Below, piece by piece: positions 17,592 to 26,223 of a DNA stretch of 26,223 bases. Positions within the stretch are counted from its first letter, which is position 1. Each line of letters starts with the position of its first letter. The translations under genes and the position numbers were made by a program. Origin of the DNA: Campylobacterota bacterium (GTDB lineage: Bacteria > Campylobacterota > Campylobacteria > Campylobacterales > Arcobacteraceae); assembly GCA_051746405.1 (NCBI GenBank), contig JBNJFB010000034.1:1-26223 (forward strand), in the 5' to 3' direction. The notes under the pieces are model-generated. The model had not been told where the DNA came from and ran no database searches. It was given only the letters and a program-made list of their open reading frames with translations.

Positions 17592-18098
17592 ATGGGAATA
17601 AAAGTAGTTAAAAGAAGAGGTGGTTCATTTAAAGATAGACTCTTTTTACCTGCAATTGCAGGTGGAATGAAAACAACTCTAAAACATTTTATGAATAATC
17701 TAAAAGATAATGACAAGTTAAAAACACTTCAATATCCTGAAGAACAACCTGATGATATCACAGATAGATTCAGAGGTGTTCATAGACTTACAAAGTGGGA
17801 TGATGGAAGTGAAAAGTGTGTTGCTTGTTATATGTGTGCAACAGCTTGTCCAGCAGAGTGTATTTTCATTGAGTCTCAAGAAAGATATGATGATAAAGCT
17901 GAAAAACGACCAAAAGAGTTTAAGATAGACTTACTTGAGTGTGTTTTCTGTGGTTATTGTGTTGAGGCTTGTCCTTGTGATGCTATTAGAATGGATACGG
18001 GAATATTTTCATTTACAGGAAGTAAAAGAGAAGATTTTGTAGTTAATAAAGAAGCACTTATGAAAAATGAGAGATCAAAGGATTTTAGTGATGATTGA
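17592..18098 (+). CDS. nuoI: NADH-quinone oxidoreductase subunit I (2x 4Fe-4S)
   Basis: TLQYPEE, RFRG, CVACYMCATACP and CVFCGYCVEACP motifs. Start corrected to ATG 17592, 2 nt after the nuoH stop. Confidence 0.95.
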   Translation: MGIKVVKRRGGSFKDRLFLPAIAGGMKTTLKHFMNNLKDNDKLKTLQYPEEQPDDITDRFRGVHRLTKWDDGSEKCVACYMCATACPAECIFIESQERYDDKAEKRPKEFKIDLLECVFCGYCVEACPCDAIRMDTGIFSFTGSKREDFVVNKEALMKNERSKDFSDD

Positions 18099-18621
18099 TG
18101 TGATATTTATAGCATTATCTATATTTGCAATAGCAGGAGCAGTTGCTATGATAGTATTTGCAAACCCTATGTATAGTGCACTTGGTGTTTTAATCTCGAT
18201 GTTAAGTGTAGCTGGTATGTTTGCTTTATTAAATGCAACTTTTCTTTTTCTTGTACAAATTATTGTATATGCAGGTGCAATTATGACCCTTATACTGTTT
18301 ATTTTAATGTTTTTAAACATAAATGATGAGGATTTGCCAAAAGAACCAAGAAAATATAAGTTAATTGGATTTGGTGTAGTTTTAATGATTCCTTTTAATT
18401 ATATGGTAATAAGTGCAGTTTCAAAACTTCCAAGCAAAGACTTATCTATTTTAGAGACTAATTTTGGTGATATAAAACCTATAGGTATTGTACTATTTGA
18501 TAATTGGTTAATAGCATTTGAACTTATCTCTATTTTACTACTAATTGCTCTTTTAGGTTCTGTTGTATTAGCAAAAAAAAGAGACACAAAAACCAACAAT
18601 AATATTGGAGATGACTTATGA
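18091..18621 (+). CDS. nuoJ: NADH-quinone oxidoreductase subunit J
   Basis: NPMYSAL, QIIVYAGAIMTLILFILM and FELISILLL motifs. Start corrected to ATG 18091, with AAGGA at 18078-18082. Confidence 0.94.
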   Translation: MIDVIFIALSIFAIAGAVAMIVFANPMYSALGVLISMLSVAGMFALLNATFLFLVQIIVYAGAIMTLILFILMFLNINDEDLPKEPRKYKLIGFGVVLMIPFNYMVISAVSKLPSKDLSILETNFGDIKPIGIVLFDNWLIAFELISILLLIALLGSVVLAKKRDTKTNNNIGDDL

Positions 18622-18929
18622 TTTCTCTAACTTCCTATGCATTTGTATCAATGGTTATTTTCTCACTAGGTGTAATTGGAGTGATTGCAAGAAGAAATGT
18701 TTTTGTAATTTATATGTCAATAGAGATGATGCTAAATGGTATAAATCTTTTTTTAGTAACATTTGCAAGATACCACTTTGATATGGACCCACAAGTTATA
18801 ACTGTTATGGTTATAGCTATAGCTGCTGCTGAAGCTGCAGTCTTTTTATCTGTAATCATTTTACTATATAGATCAAGAAAATCACTTGATGCAGATATCT
18901 TTAGCACTTTAAAACAAGGAGGTAAATAG
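18618..18929 (+). CDS. nuoK: NADH-quinone oxidoreductase subunit K
   Basis: RRN, MSIEMMLNG and IAAAEAAV motifs; three TM helices. Confidence 0.95.
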   Translation: MISLTSYAFVSMVIFSLGVIGVIARRNVFVIYMSIEMMLNGINLFLVTFARYHFDMDPQVITVMVIAIAAAEAAVFLSVIILLYRSRKSLDADIFSTLKQGGK

Positions 18930-18931
18930 TA

Positions 18932-20821
18932 ATGAATACTTCTTTATTAGTATGGATAATTTTAGCTCCTTTAATTGGTGCTTTATTAAATACTGGGTTC
19001 TATTTTTATCATATTAAAAAATCTAAAATATCCCAAACAGTTTTTGCACTAATTGGTACAATCACACCGCTAATAGCATTTTTGATTACTTTAACACTTT
19101 TTTTGCAAATGCAAAAAGATAATATTGTTTTTGAACAAACACTTTTCACTTGGCTTAATATTGAGAACTTAAATATAAGTATGTCTTTATTGGGTGATAA
19201 TCTATCTATATTTATGGCAATGTTTGTAACCTTTGTTGGTTGGCTTATTCATATCTATGCAATTGGGTATATGAAAGGTGATGATGGCTTTGGTAAGTTT
19301 TTTGCATATTTCAATCTATTCTTAGCATCTATGTTAATACTTGTTTTAGCCAATAATCCAATTATATTATTTATTGGATGGGAAGGTGTTGGAGTTTGTT
19401 CTTACTTATTAATTAAATTTTACTATGGAAAAAAAGAGAATATTGTAGCTGCAAACAAAGCTTTTATAGCAAATAGAGTTGGTGACTTTGGTTTCTTATT
19501 AGGTGTAGTTACTCTATTTTTTGCATTAGGAGAAGTTGATTTATCATTTAGTTCACTTGAAGCTAATATATCAAATGCTTCACCATCTCTTTTAGCACTT
19601 AGTGGTTTTTTACTATTTGTAGGAGCTATGGGTAAATCAGCACAAATTCCACTTTATGTATGGCTTCCTGATGCAATGGCAGGGCCAACACCTATATCTG
19701 CACTTATTCACGCTGCTACTATGGTAACAGCAGGTGTATATATGGTTGCAAGATTTCATTTTTTATATACTGATATTGAAAATATCGGTATCTTTATAGC
19801 ATATATTGGTGCATTTTCAGCACTTTTTGCTGCTATTATTGCCACAAGACAGACAGATATTAAGAAAATACTAGCATACTCAACAATGAGTCAGTTAGGT
19901 TATATGTTTATAGCTGTTGGATTAGGCTTCTATTCAGCTGGACTATTTCATGTTTTCACACATGCATTTTTTAAAGCAATGTTGTTTATGGGTGCAGGTG
20001 GAATTATATTAGCAATACATCATGAACAAAATATCTTCAAGCTTGGTCAAAAAAGAGCATCACTACCAATTATTAAAGCAACCTTTTTAGTTGGTGTAAT
20101 AGCCATATCAGGGGTTCCTTTATTTTCAGGTTTCTTTTCAAAAGATGCAATATTAGCAGGTGCTTTTCAAGAGGGTCACTACTTTATATGGTTGATTGCT
20201 TTAGGAACAGCTTTTTTAACTGCTTTTTATATGTTTAGACTCTATTTTATAGTTTTTGTTGCACCAAATAAAAATAGACAACAAAAATATGTCTATACTT
20301 CCAAAACTATTACCATACCACTTCTAATATTAGCAATTGGTGCAATTGGTGCTGGATACCTAAATCTTCCAACTGTTTTAGGTGGTGAGCATCAAGTGGA
20401 TACTTGGCTTGCTCAGTTAAACTCAAAAAGTTTACATATGAGCCATTTAACAGAGTGGATTCTTATGATTTTATCTGTACTAGTTGCATTCACAGGTATA
20501 TTTACAGCATATAAAAAATATGCAAAGTTTGATTTATCAAAGCCTGAAGAAGAGATTGGTTTAATAGGAAATAAATTCTATATTGATGAGATTTACCATG
20601 TTTTATTTGTAAAATCAACAAAGAAACTATCAGTATTTATAGATAAGATTTTAGATGATAAAATCATAGATGGATTTATAATGAATGCATCTAAAGATTT
20701 TATTAACCTAGGAAAAAAAGTTGCAATGATTCAAAATGCAAATGTACGATTTTATGCAATATTCATGCTTGTGGGTATGACTTGTATATTTATCTATTTA
20801 ATAAATACTTTAGGATTGTAG
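18932..20821 (+). CDS. nuoL: NADH-quinone oxidoreductase subunit L
   Basis: GWEGVG, ANRVGDFG, GKSAQIPLYVWLPDAMAGPTPISALIHAATMV and THAFFKA motifs. Confidence 0.97.
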   Translation: MNTSLLVWIILAPLIGALLNTGFYFYHIKKSKISQTVFALIGTITPLIAFLITLTLFLQMQKDNIVFEQTLFTWLNIENLNISMSLLGDNLSIFMAMFVTFVGWLIHIYAIGYMKGDDGFGKFFAYFNLFLASMLILVLANNPIILFIGWEGVGVCSYLLIKFYYGKKENIVAANKAFIANRVGDFGFLLGVVTLFFALGEVDLSFSSLEANISNASPSLLALSGFLLFVGAMGKSAQIPLYVWLPDAMAGPTPISALIHAATMVTAGVYMVARFHFLYTDIENIGIFIAYIGAFSALFAAIIATRQTDIKKILAYSTMSQLGYMFIAVGLGFYSAGLFHVFTHAFFKAMLFMGAGGIILAIHHEQNIFKLGQKRASLPIIKATFLVGVIAISGVPLFSGFFSKDAILAGAFQEGHYFIWLIALGTAFLTAFYMFRLYFIVFVAPNKNRQQKYVYTSKTITIPLLILAIGAIGAGYLNLPTVLGGEHQVDTWLAQLNSKSLHMSHLTEWILMILSVLVAFTGIFTAYKKYAKFDLSKPEEEIGLIGNKFYIDEIYHVLFVKSTKKLSVFIDKILDDKIIDGFIMNASKDFINLGKKVAMIQNANVRFYAIFMLVGMTCIFIYLINTLGL

Positions 20822-20822
20822 T

Positions 20823-22310
20823 ATGAGTTCAGAAATTCTTTCATTTATAATTTTTTTACCAGCTGTTGTAGCTTTTGGACTAATGATTACAACAAAAGAC
20901 GTTAATACAATAAGAAATATTGCCTTTTTAACTACTACTGTAATTTTAGCATTAGTATTAAAAATATACGTTGAGTTTGAACCAAGTGCAGGTATGCAGT
21001 TTGTTACAAATGTGCCATGGATTGAAACATATGGGATAAACTATTACATAGGGTTAGATGGCTTTTCATTAACTATTTTAATGATGATTGCGATACTAAT
21101 TCCAAGTGCTTTTTTACTTTTATGGGAAGGAAAAACAAAAGGCTACTGGATAAATATGCTTCTTGTTCAAGCAGGGGTAACAGGTACACTTCTATCACTT
21201 GATGTTGTTTTATTCTATTTCTTTTGGGAAGTTATGCTTTTACCTGTATTTTTATTAATAGGTCAATATGGTTTTGGCAATAAAGTATTTACAACAATTA
21301 AAGTAACTGTATATACAATGGCAGGTTCGCTTCTAATGTTTATTTCAATACTTTATCTTGGTGTAACTTATAATAATGAGTTTGGAACATGGTCATTTGC
21401 TTATGATGAACTAACTAAAATAACAACATTAGATTATAGTACAAAGGTTTGGCTATTTTTAGGATTTCTTGCTGCTTTTGCAATCAAAATTCCAATATTT
21501 CCACTTCACACATGGATTATGGAAACTTATAAAAATGCTCCTACAGGAGCTGTTTTTTTACTATCGTCAATAATGGCTAAACTTGGTATATATGCAATAG
21601 TTAGATTTATGATTCCCCTTTTCCCTGATATATATGTTGAGTTTTCAGCTTGGTTTGTAGCTATTGGACTTTTTGGACTTGTTTATTTTGGTATTGCAGC
21701 ATTAATGCAAGATGATATAAAAAGACTATTTGCATACTCTTCAGCTTCACACTTGAGTTTTATAGCAGCTGGAATTTTTTCACTTAATGAGTATGGTATT
21801 AATGGTGCTTTATATCTTATAATAGCCCATGCAATTGCAACAGGTGCACTGTTTTTACTTGTTGGACTACTTCATGAACAAACAGGTTTTAAAACTATTA
21901 AAGATTTAGGAGGTATTGCTAAACAAGCCCCTATATTTACTTTTGTTTTTGCTGTTATGCTTTTTGCAAATGTAGGTTTACCTGGAACTAATGGATTTGT
22001 ATCTGAACTACTTATCATATTTGGTATTTATGAGTTTAATCATATATTAGGTTACATATCTGCACTTACAGTTATTATTGGTGCATCTTATATGTTATGG
22101 ATGTTTCAACGTGCGATTTTACAAGATAGAGATGAGAGTAGCCCCATTATAAAAATGAGAGATTTAAAAATAAAAGAGATTGTCGGTATGGCTCCTTGGG
22201 TAATTTTAGTTTTTTTAATGGGTATATACCCTGAAATTTTTATAAACAAATTTGAACCTACTGTAACACACTATTTAAATGATATTCTAAAAATCGGAGC
22301 AGTAAAATGA
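20823..22310 (+). CDS. nuoM: NADH-quinone oxidoreductase subunit M
   Basis: [35 protein letters not shown] and [11 protein letters not shown] motifs. Confidence 0.96.
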   Translation: MSSEILSFIIFLPAVVAFGLMITTKDVNTIRNIAFLTTTVILALVLKIYVEFEPSAGMQFVTNVPWIETYGINYYIGLDGFSLTILMMIAILIPSAFLLLWEGKTKGYWINMLLVQAGVTGTLLSLDVVLFYFFWEVMLLPVFLLIGQYGFGNKVFTTIKVTVYTMAGSLLMFISILYLGVTYNNEFGTWSFAYDELTKITTLDYSTKVWLFLGFLAAFAIKIPIFPLHTWIMETYKNAPTGAVFLLSSIMAKLGIYAIVRFMIPLFPDIYVEFSAWFVAIGLFGLVYFGIAALMQDDIKRLFAYSSASHLSFIAAGIFSLNEYGINGALYLIIAHAIATGALFLLVGLLHEQTGFKTIKDLGGIAKQAPIFTFVFAVMLFANVGLPGTNGFVSELLIIFGIYEFNHILGYISALTVIIGASYMLWMFQRAILQDRDESSPIIKMRDLKIKEIVGMAPWVILVFLMGIYPEIFINKFEPTVTHYLNDILKIGAVK

Positions 22311-23830
22311 GTCAATTTATCCACTTAATCCCAGCATTAACTGTACTATTAGGTGCATTGACACTTATGTTTATGAGTATGTATGAAAAGTTTTCAGCAA
22401 AAAATCATATTGTTGTATCATCTATATTTCTTTTTATTGCTTTAGGTTTTTCCCTTGCAAAAGTTGGTGATTTATATAGTATTCAACCATATGCTAGCTT
22501 GTTTAATGACGTATTAATTTTTGATTCATTTTCGAACTTTTTTAATATTTTATTAATATCAGGGACAATATTAACCTTATTAATAGGTGAGCACTACTTT
22601 AGACATAGAACATATTTCAAAGGTGAATTCTTCTCTATCTTACTTTTTTCACTTTTTGGAATGATGCTTATTGCATGTTCAAATGAACTAATTACAGCTT
22701 ATGTTGCATTAGAAATTGCATCATTTGCTGTATATATTATGGTTGGATACAATACGCAAGACTCTAAAAGAGTTGAAGCTATTTTTAAATATCTAGTTTT
22801 AGGTTCATTTATTGGAGCGTTTTTCTTATTAGGTGTTGTTTTAGTTTATGGGGCAACTGCAACTACAAACTTAACAGAAATTGGAACAATAATTGCAACA
22901 GCAAATATTGAAAATATGAACCTTGTCTATATTGGACTAACTCTTATACTATTTACCTTTTTATTTAAAATTGCAGCATTCCCATTCCAATCATGGGTTT
23001 TAGATGTATATAGAGGTGCTCCAATGGTAATTACAGCATTTATGGCATCTACTTTTAAAATTGCTATTTTCTCATTCTTTTTAAGAGCATTCTTGCAAGA
23101 CTTAGGAATGACTATTGACTTTTGGGATAGTATTATATCTGTAATTATTATTTTAACATTAGTATTTGGTACTTGGTTAGCAATCACTCAAAACATTATT
23201 AAAAGAATGCTAGCTGCATCATCTATTGTTCATACAGGATATTTACTATTGGCATTTATTGCATTAAGTTATAAAGATGGTGAGATTATAAATATCGATT
23301 CTGCTTATGCAATTATGTTTTATTTAATAGCTTACTTACTATCTGCATTAGGTGCTTTTGGTTTAGCTTCTCATATTATTTCAGAAACAAATGTAAGAGT
23401 TACATATGATGATTTCAAAGGGTTAGCAAAGGAAAGACCATTTTTAGCTGCAATGATGACTATATTTCTATTTTCACTTGCAGGAATCCCATCAACTATA
23501 GGTTTTATTGGTAAACTTTATGTATTTACAGAGGCTATTAATGCAGGATATACTCTTTTAACTATACTAGCTGTAATCGCAACAATTGTTTCAGTTTATT
23601 ACTATTTTAAATTGATTGCAATGATGTATTTTTATCCAACAAAACAAGAGTGTAAATCTGAGGGGTTCAATGATAAAAGAGTATCAACGTATGCTATTGC
23701 ATTTGTTGCAATATTAACTATCTTAGGTGGAATTGGTTCTGCAATTGTATTTTTCATACCAGCACTTAATATTGATGAAATAATTTCATTATCAAAGATG
23801 GCAGTTCAATCACTATTTATCATTAATTAG
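22307..23830 (+). CDS. nuoN: NADH-quinone oxidoreductase subunit N
   Basis: [41 protein letters not shown] and [14 protein letters not shown] motifs. Confidence 0.96.
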   Translation: MSQFIHLIPALTVLLGALTLMFMSMYEKFSAKNHIVVSSIFLFIALGFSLAKVGDLYSIQPYASLFNDVLIFDSFSNFFNILLISGTILTLLIGEHYFRHRTYFKGEFFSILLFSLFGMMLIACSNELITAYVALEIASFAVYIMVGYNTQDSKRVEAIFKYLVLGSFIGAFFLLGVVLVYGATATTNLTEIGTIIATANIENMNLVYIGLTLILFTFLFKIAAFPFQSWVLDVYRGAPMVITAFMASTFKIAIFSFFLRAFLQDLGMTIDFWDSIISVIIILTLVFGTWLAITQNIIKRMLAASSIVHTGYLLLAFIALSYKDGEIINIDSAYAIMFYLIAYLLSALGAFGLASHIISETNVRVTYDDFKGLAKERPFLAAMMTIFLFSLAGIPSTIGFIGKLYVFTEAINAGYTLLTILAVIATIVSVYYYFKLIAMMYFYPTKQECKSEGFNDKRVSTYAIAFVAILTILGGIGSAIVFFIPALNIDEIISLSKMAVQSLFIIN

Positions 23831-23894
23831 TGTATCAATAAGTAACATGAATAAATTAAATGAAAATTATAAGTAAATTTTAATATAACCTAAA

Positions 23895-23917
23895 TAAAGC
23901 CCATAAAATGGGCTTTA
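23895..23917 (+). terminator. Putative intrinsic terminator hairpin after nuoN
   Basis: TAAAGCCCAT-AAA-ATGGGCTTTA: perfect 10-bp inverted repeat with a GC core, starting 64 nt after the nuoN stop; only a short T run. Confidence 0.6.
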
Positions 23918-24000
23918 AACTCCAAACTTTAAAGAAAATTCTAAATATCATACAGATATCATATGTTGCATTTCTAATCAAATATCAAGTAGAATTTGGC

Positions 24001-24026
24001 TATAGTATTGCTATTATTCATATAAT
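24001..24026 (+). promoter_or_regulatory. Candidate -10 elements for the frd operon
   Basis: TATAGT at 24001-24006 (preceded by GC) and TATAAT at 24021-24026, followed by a purine-rich RBS (AAGGATAGGA) before ATG 24051. Which element is used cannot be determined. Confidence 0.35.
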
Positions 24027-24050
24027 CTAAATCACAAGAAAGGATAGGAA

Positions 24051-24851
24051 ATGAGTAACCTAATTGAAGGTTATATAGGCAAAACAGTTGAAGGAAGAAA
24101 AAGTAGACTACCTGCAAAACTTGATTATCTTCAAAGTGCTACGGGTCTGTTCTTAGCACTATTCATGTGGGCACACATGTTACTAGTATCTTCGATATTA
24201 ATATCAGAAGAGTTAATGTACAAAATTACTAAGCTTTTAGAGGCTAGTTTTATTTTTGAGGGAGGTAACCCTTTATTGGTTACTATTGCAGCTGCTGTTG
24301 TATTTATTATATTTATAGCACACGCTGGTTTAGGTATGAGAAAACTACCAGGTAACTTTAAGCAGTACCAAGTAATGAAAGCTCATGCTAAATACTTGAA
24401 ACATGATGACACTAAGTTATGGTTTACACAAGCAGGAACTGGGTTTGCGATGTTCTTCTTGGGTTCTGTTCACTTATATATCATGATGACAAACTCTGCA
24501 GAGATTGGTCCTTATGCAAGTGCAGATAGAGTTTGGTCTGAGTGGATGTGGCCTTTATATATCTTATTATTATTAGCAGTTGAATTACACGGAACTATTG
24601 GTTTATATAGATTAAGTGTAAAATGGGGATGGTTTGATGGAAATAACCCAGCTGAAAATAGAAAAAGATTAAAAAAAGTAAAATGGGGATTAACTGTATT
24701 CTTCTTAGTATTAGGTTTCGCTTCATTAGCTGCATATATGAAAATTGGTATGGCAAATGTTGAAGCTGGAAAAGTTGGAGAGAGATATACTCCATCGGCA
24801 AAAATTATGGAATACAAAATGACAAAAGATAATTTTGAAAGGATTGCTTAA
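24051..24851 (+). CDS. frdC: Quinol:fumarate reductase di-heme cytochrome b subunit (Wolinella type B)
   Basis: [26 protein letters not shown]; four heme-ligand His (WAHM, IAHA, SVHL, ELHG); [12 protein letters not shown]; five TM helices. Confidence 0.95.
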   Translation: MSNLIEGYIGKTVEGRKSRLPAKLDYLQSATGLFLALFMWAHMLLVSSILISEELMYKITKLLEASFIFEGGNPLLVTIAAAVVFIIFIAHAGLGMRKLPGNFKQYQVMKAHAKYLKHDDTKLWFTQAGTGFAMFFLGSVHLYIMMTNSAEIGPYASADRVWSEWMWPLYILLLLAVELHGTIGLYRLSVKWGWFDGNNPAENRKRLKKVKWGLTVFFLVLGFASLAAYMKIGMANVEAGKVGERYTPSAKIMEYKMTKDNFERIA

Positions 24852-26223
24852 TGAAAATTAATTACTGTGATGCGTTAGTTATTGGTGGAGGATTAGCAGG
24901 TTTAAGAGCTGCAGTTGCTGCACAAAAAAAAGGTTTAAACGCTGTAGTTCTTTCACTGGTTCCTGTTAAAAGATCACATAGTGCTGCTGCACAAGGTGGT
25001 ATGCAAGCTTCATTAGGTAACTCTAAAATGTCCGATGGTGATAATGAAGATTTACACTTTGCAGATACTGTAAAAGGAAGCGATTGGGGATGTGATCAAG
25101 ATGTGGCGAGAATGTTTGTTACTACTGCACCTAAAGCTATTAGAGAATTAGCATCTTGGGGTGTTCCTTGGTCAAGAGTTAAAGCAGGTACTAGAGAAGC
25201 AGTTATTAATGCTAAAAAAACTTCAATTACTGAAGATGAAGATAGACATGGATTAATTACATCAAGAGATTTTGGTGGTACTAAAAAATGGAGAACATGT
25301 TATACAGCTGATGCAACAGGTCATACAATGTTATTTGGTGTTGCAAATGAAGCTTTAAAAAACAATGTTGATATTAGAGATAGAAAAGAAGCAATTTCAA
25401 TAATCCATGAAGATGGTAGATGTTACGGTGCTGTTGTAAGAGATTTAATTACAGGTGATTTAGAAGCATATGTTGCAAAAGGTACATGTATAGCAACAGG
25501 TGGATATGGAAGAGTATTTAAACAAACTACAAATGCTGTAATTTGTGAAGGTATTGGTGCAGGTATTGCTTTAGAAACAGGTGTTGCAACACTTTCAAAT
25601 ATGGAAGCTGTACAGTTCCACCCTACTCCAATTGTTCCATCTGGGATTCTTTTAACAGAGGGTTGTAGAGGTGATGGTGGCATCTTAAGAGATGTTGACG
25701 GTCATAGATTTATGCCTGATTATGAGCCTGAGAAAAAAGAGCTTGCATCAAGAGACGTTGTTTCAAGAAGAATGATTGAGCATATTAGAAATGGTAAAGG
25801 TGTTCCATCACCTTATGGTGAGCACGTATGGTTAGATATTTCTATTTTAGGTAGAGAGCATATTGAAAAGAACCTAAGAGATGTTCAAGAAATTTGTCAA
25901 GTATTTAATGGAATTGACCCAGCTGATGAGGGTAAAAAAGGTTGGGCTCCTGTTCTTCCAATGCAACACTACTCTATGGGTGGTATTAGAACTAAACCAA
26001 CAGGTGAATCAACAAGATTAAAAGGTCTATTTGCTTGTGGTGAAGCTGCTTGTTGGGATATGCATGGATTCAACAGACTTGGAGGAAACTCTGTATCTGA
26101 AACAGTAGTTGCAGGTATGATTATTGGTAACTATTTTGCTGATTTTTGTTTAGAAAATGATGTTAGTATTCCTACTGCAACTGTAAATAAATTTATAGAA
26201 AAACAAGATAAGTATTTAGATGA
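24851..26223 (+). CDS. frdA: Fumarate reductase flavoprotein subunit (partial, runs off window end)
   Basis: Not in the ORF track; hand translation from ATG 24851 (TAATG overlap with frdC): [21 protein letters not shown]..., [10 protein letters not shown] (covalent FAD His), [29 protein letters not shown] and [10 protein letters not shown]. Confidence 0.97.
   Translation, partial: MKINYCDALVIGGGLAGLRAAVAAQKKGLNAVVLSLVPVKRSHSAAAQGGMQASLGNSKMSDGDNEDLHFADTVKGSDWGCDQDVARMFVTTAPKAIRELASWGVPWSRVKAGTREAVINAKKTSITEDEDRHGLITSRDFGGTKKWRTCYTADATGHTMLFGVANEALKNNVDIRDRKEAISIIHEDGRCYGAVVRDLITGDLEAYVAKGTCIATGGYGRVFKQTTNAVICEGIGAGIALETGVATLSNMEAVQFHPTPIVPSGILLTEGCRGDGGILRDVDGHRFMPDYEPEKKELASRDVVSRRMIEHIRNGKGVPSPYGEHVWLDISILGREHIEKNLRDVQEICQVFNGIDPADEGKKGWAPVLPMQHYSMGGIRTKPTGESTRLKGLFACGEAACWDMHGFNRLGGNSVSETVVAGMIIGNYFADFCLENDVSIPTATVNKFIEKQDKYLD

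Noticed and set aside
18067..18090. Upstream start for nuoJ
   Set aside because: ATG 18091 has a well-spaced AAGGA RBS and gives the usual NuoJ N-terminus.
3009..25683. Short antisense or alternative-frame ORFs (3009-3224, 9619-9807, 9924-10106, 10015-10212, 12817-13017, 14904-15110, 15549-15740, 15937-16125, 16296-16655, 18075-18320, 18399-18599, 18710-18907, 22927-23187, 24512-24817, 24595-24801, 25423-25683)
   Set aside because: All lie within conserved genes, show no recognisable motifs, and are explained as shadows of codon bias.
1..26223. CRISPR arrays, tRNA/rRNA, riboswitches, prophage or defence genes
   Set aside because: No repeat-spacer structure or RNA-gene signature seen; intergenic gaps are at most about 220 nt and are accounted for by promoters and terminators.

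Overview
AT-rich chromosomal housekeeping and respiration region, most consistent with a Campylobacterota genome, probably Arcobacteraceae (inferred from the Wolinella-type frdCA, the futalosine-pathway UbiD and the gene style). The minus strand carries a pabA/trpG, GT-C-like membrane protein, pseudopilin-like operon. It is followed by an Fe3+ ABC transporter with two Fur-box-like sites, a UbiD-family menaquinone decarboxylase and a PatB/MalY C-S lyase. A complete complex I operon comes next (nuoA, B, fused CD, E, F, G, H-N), with citrate synthase inserted between nuoF and nuoG, then frdC and the partial frdA. No RNA genes, mobile elements or CRISPR arrays were seen. The most notable signal is in NuoF. 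It keeps its FMN and N3 cluster motifs, but its NADH-adenosine pocket is remodelled: Lys replaces the Glu equivalent to E. coli E183, three adenine-stacking Phe residues are lost, and PFP becomes RQK. This suggests a natural NADPH-oxidising or otherwise altered-donor complex I, co-encoded with citrate synthase, a short NuoG and an extended NuoH.
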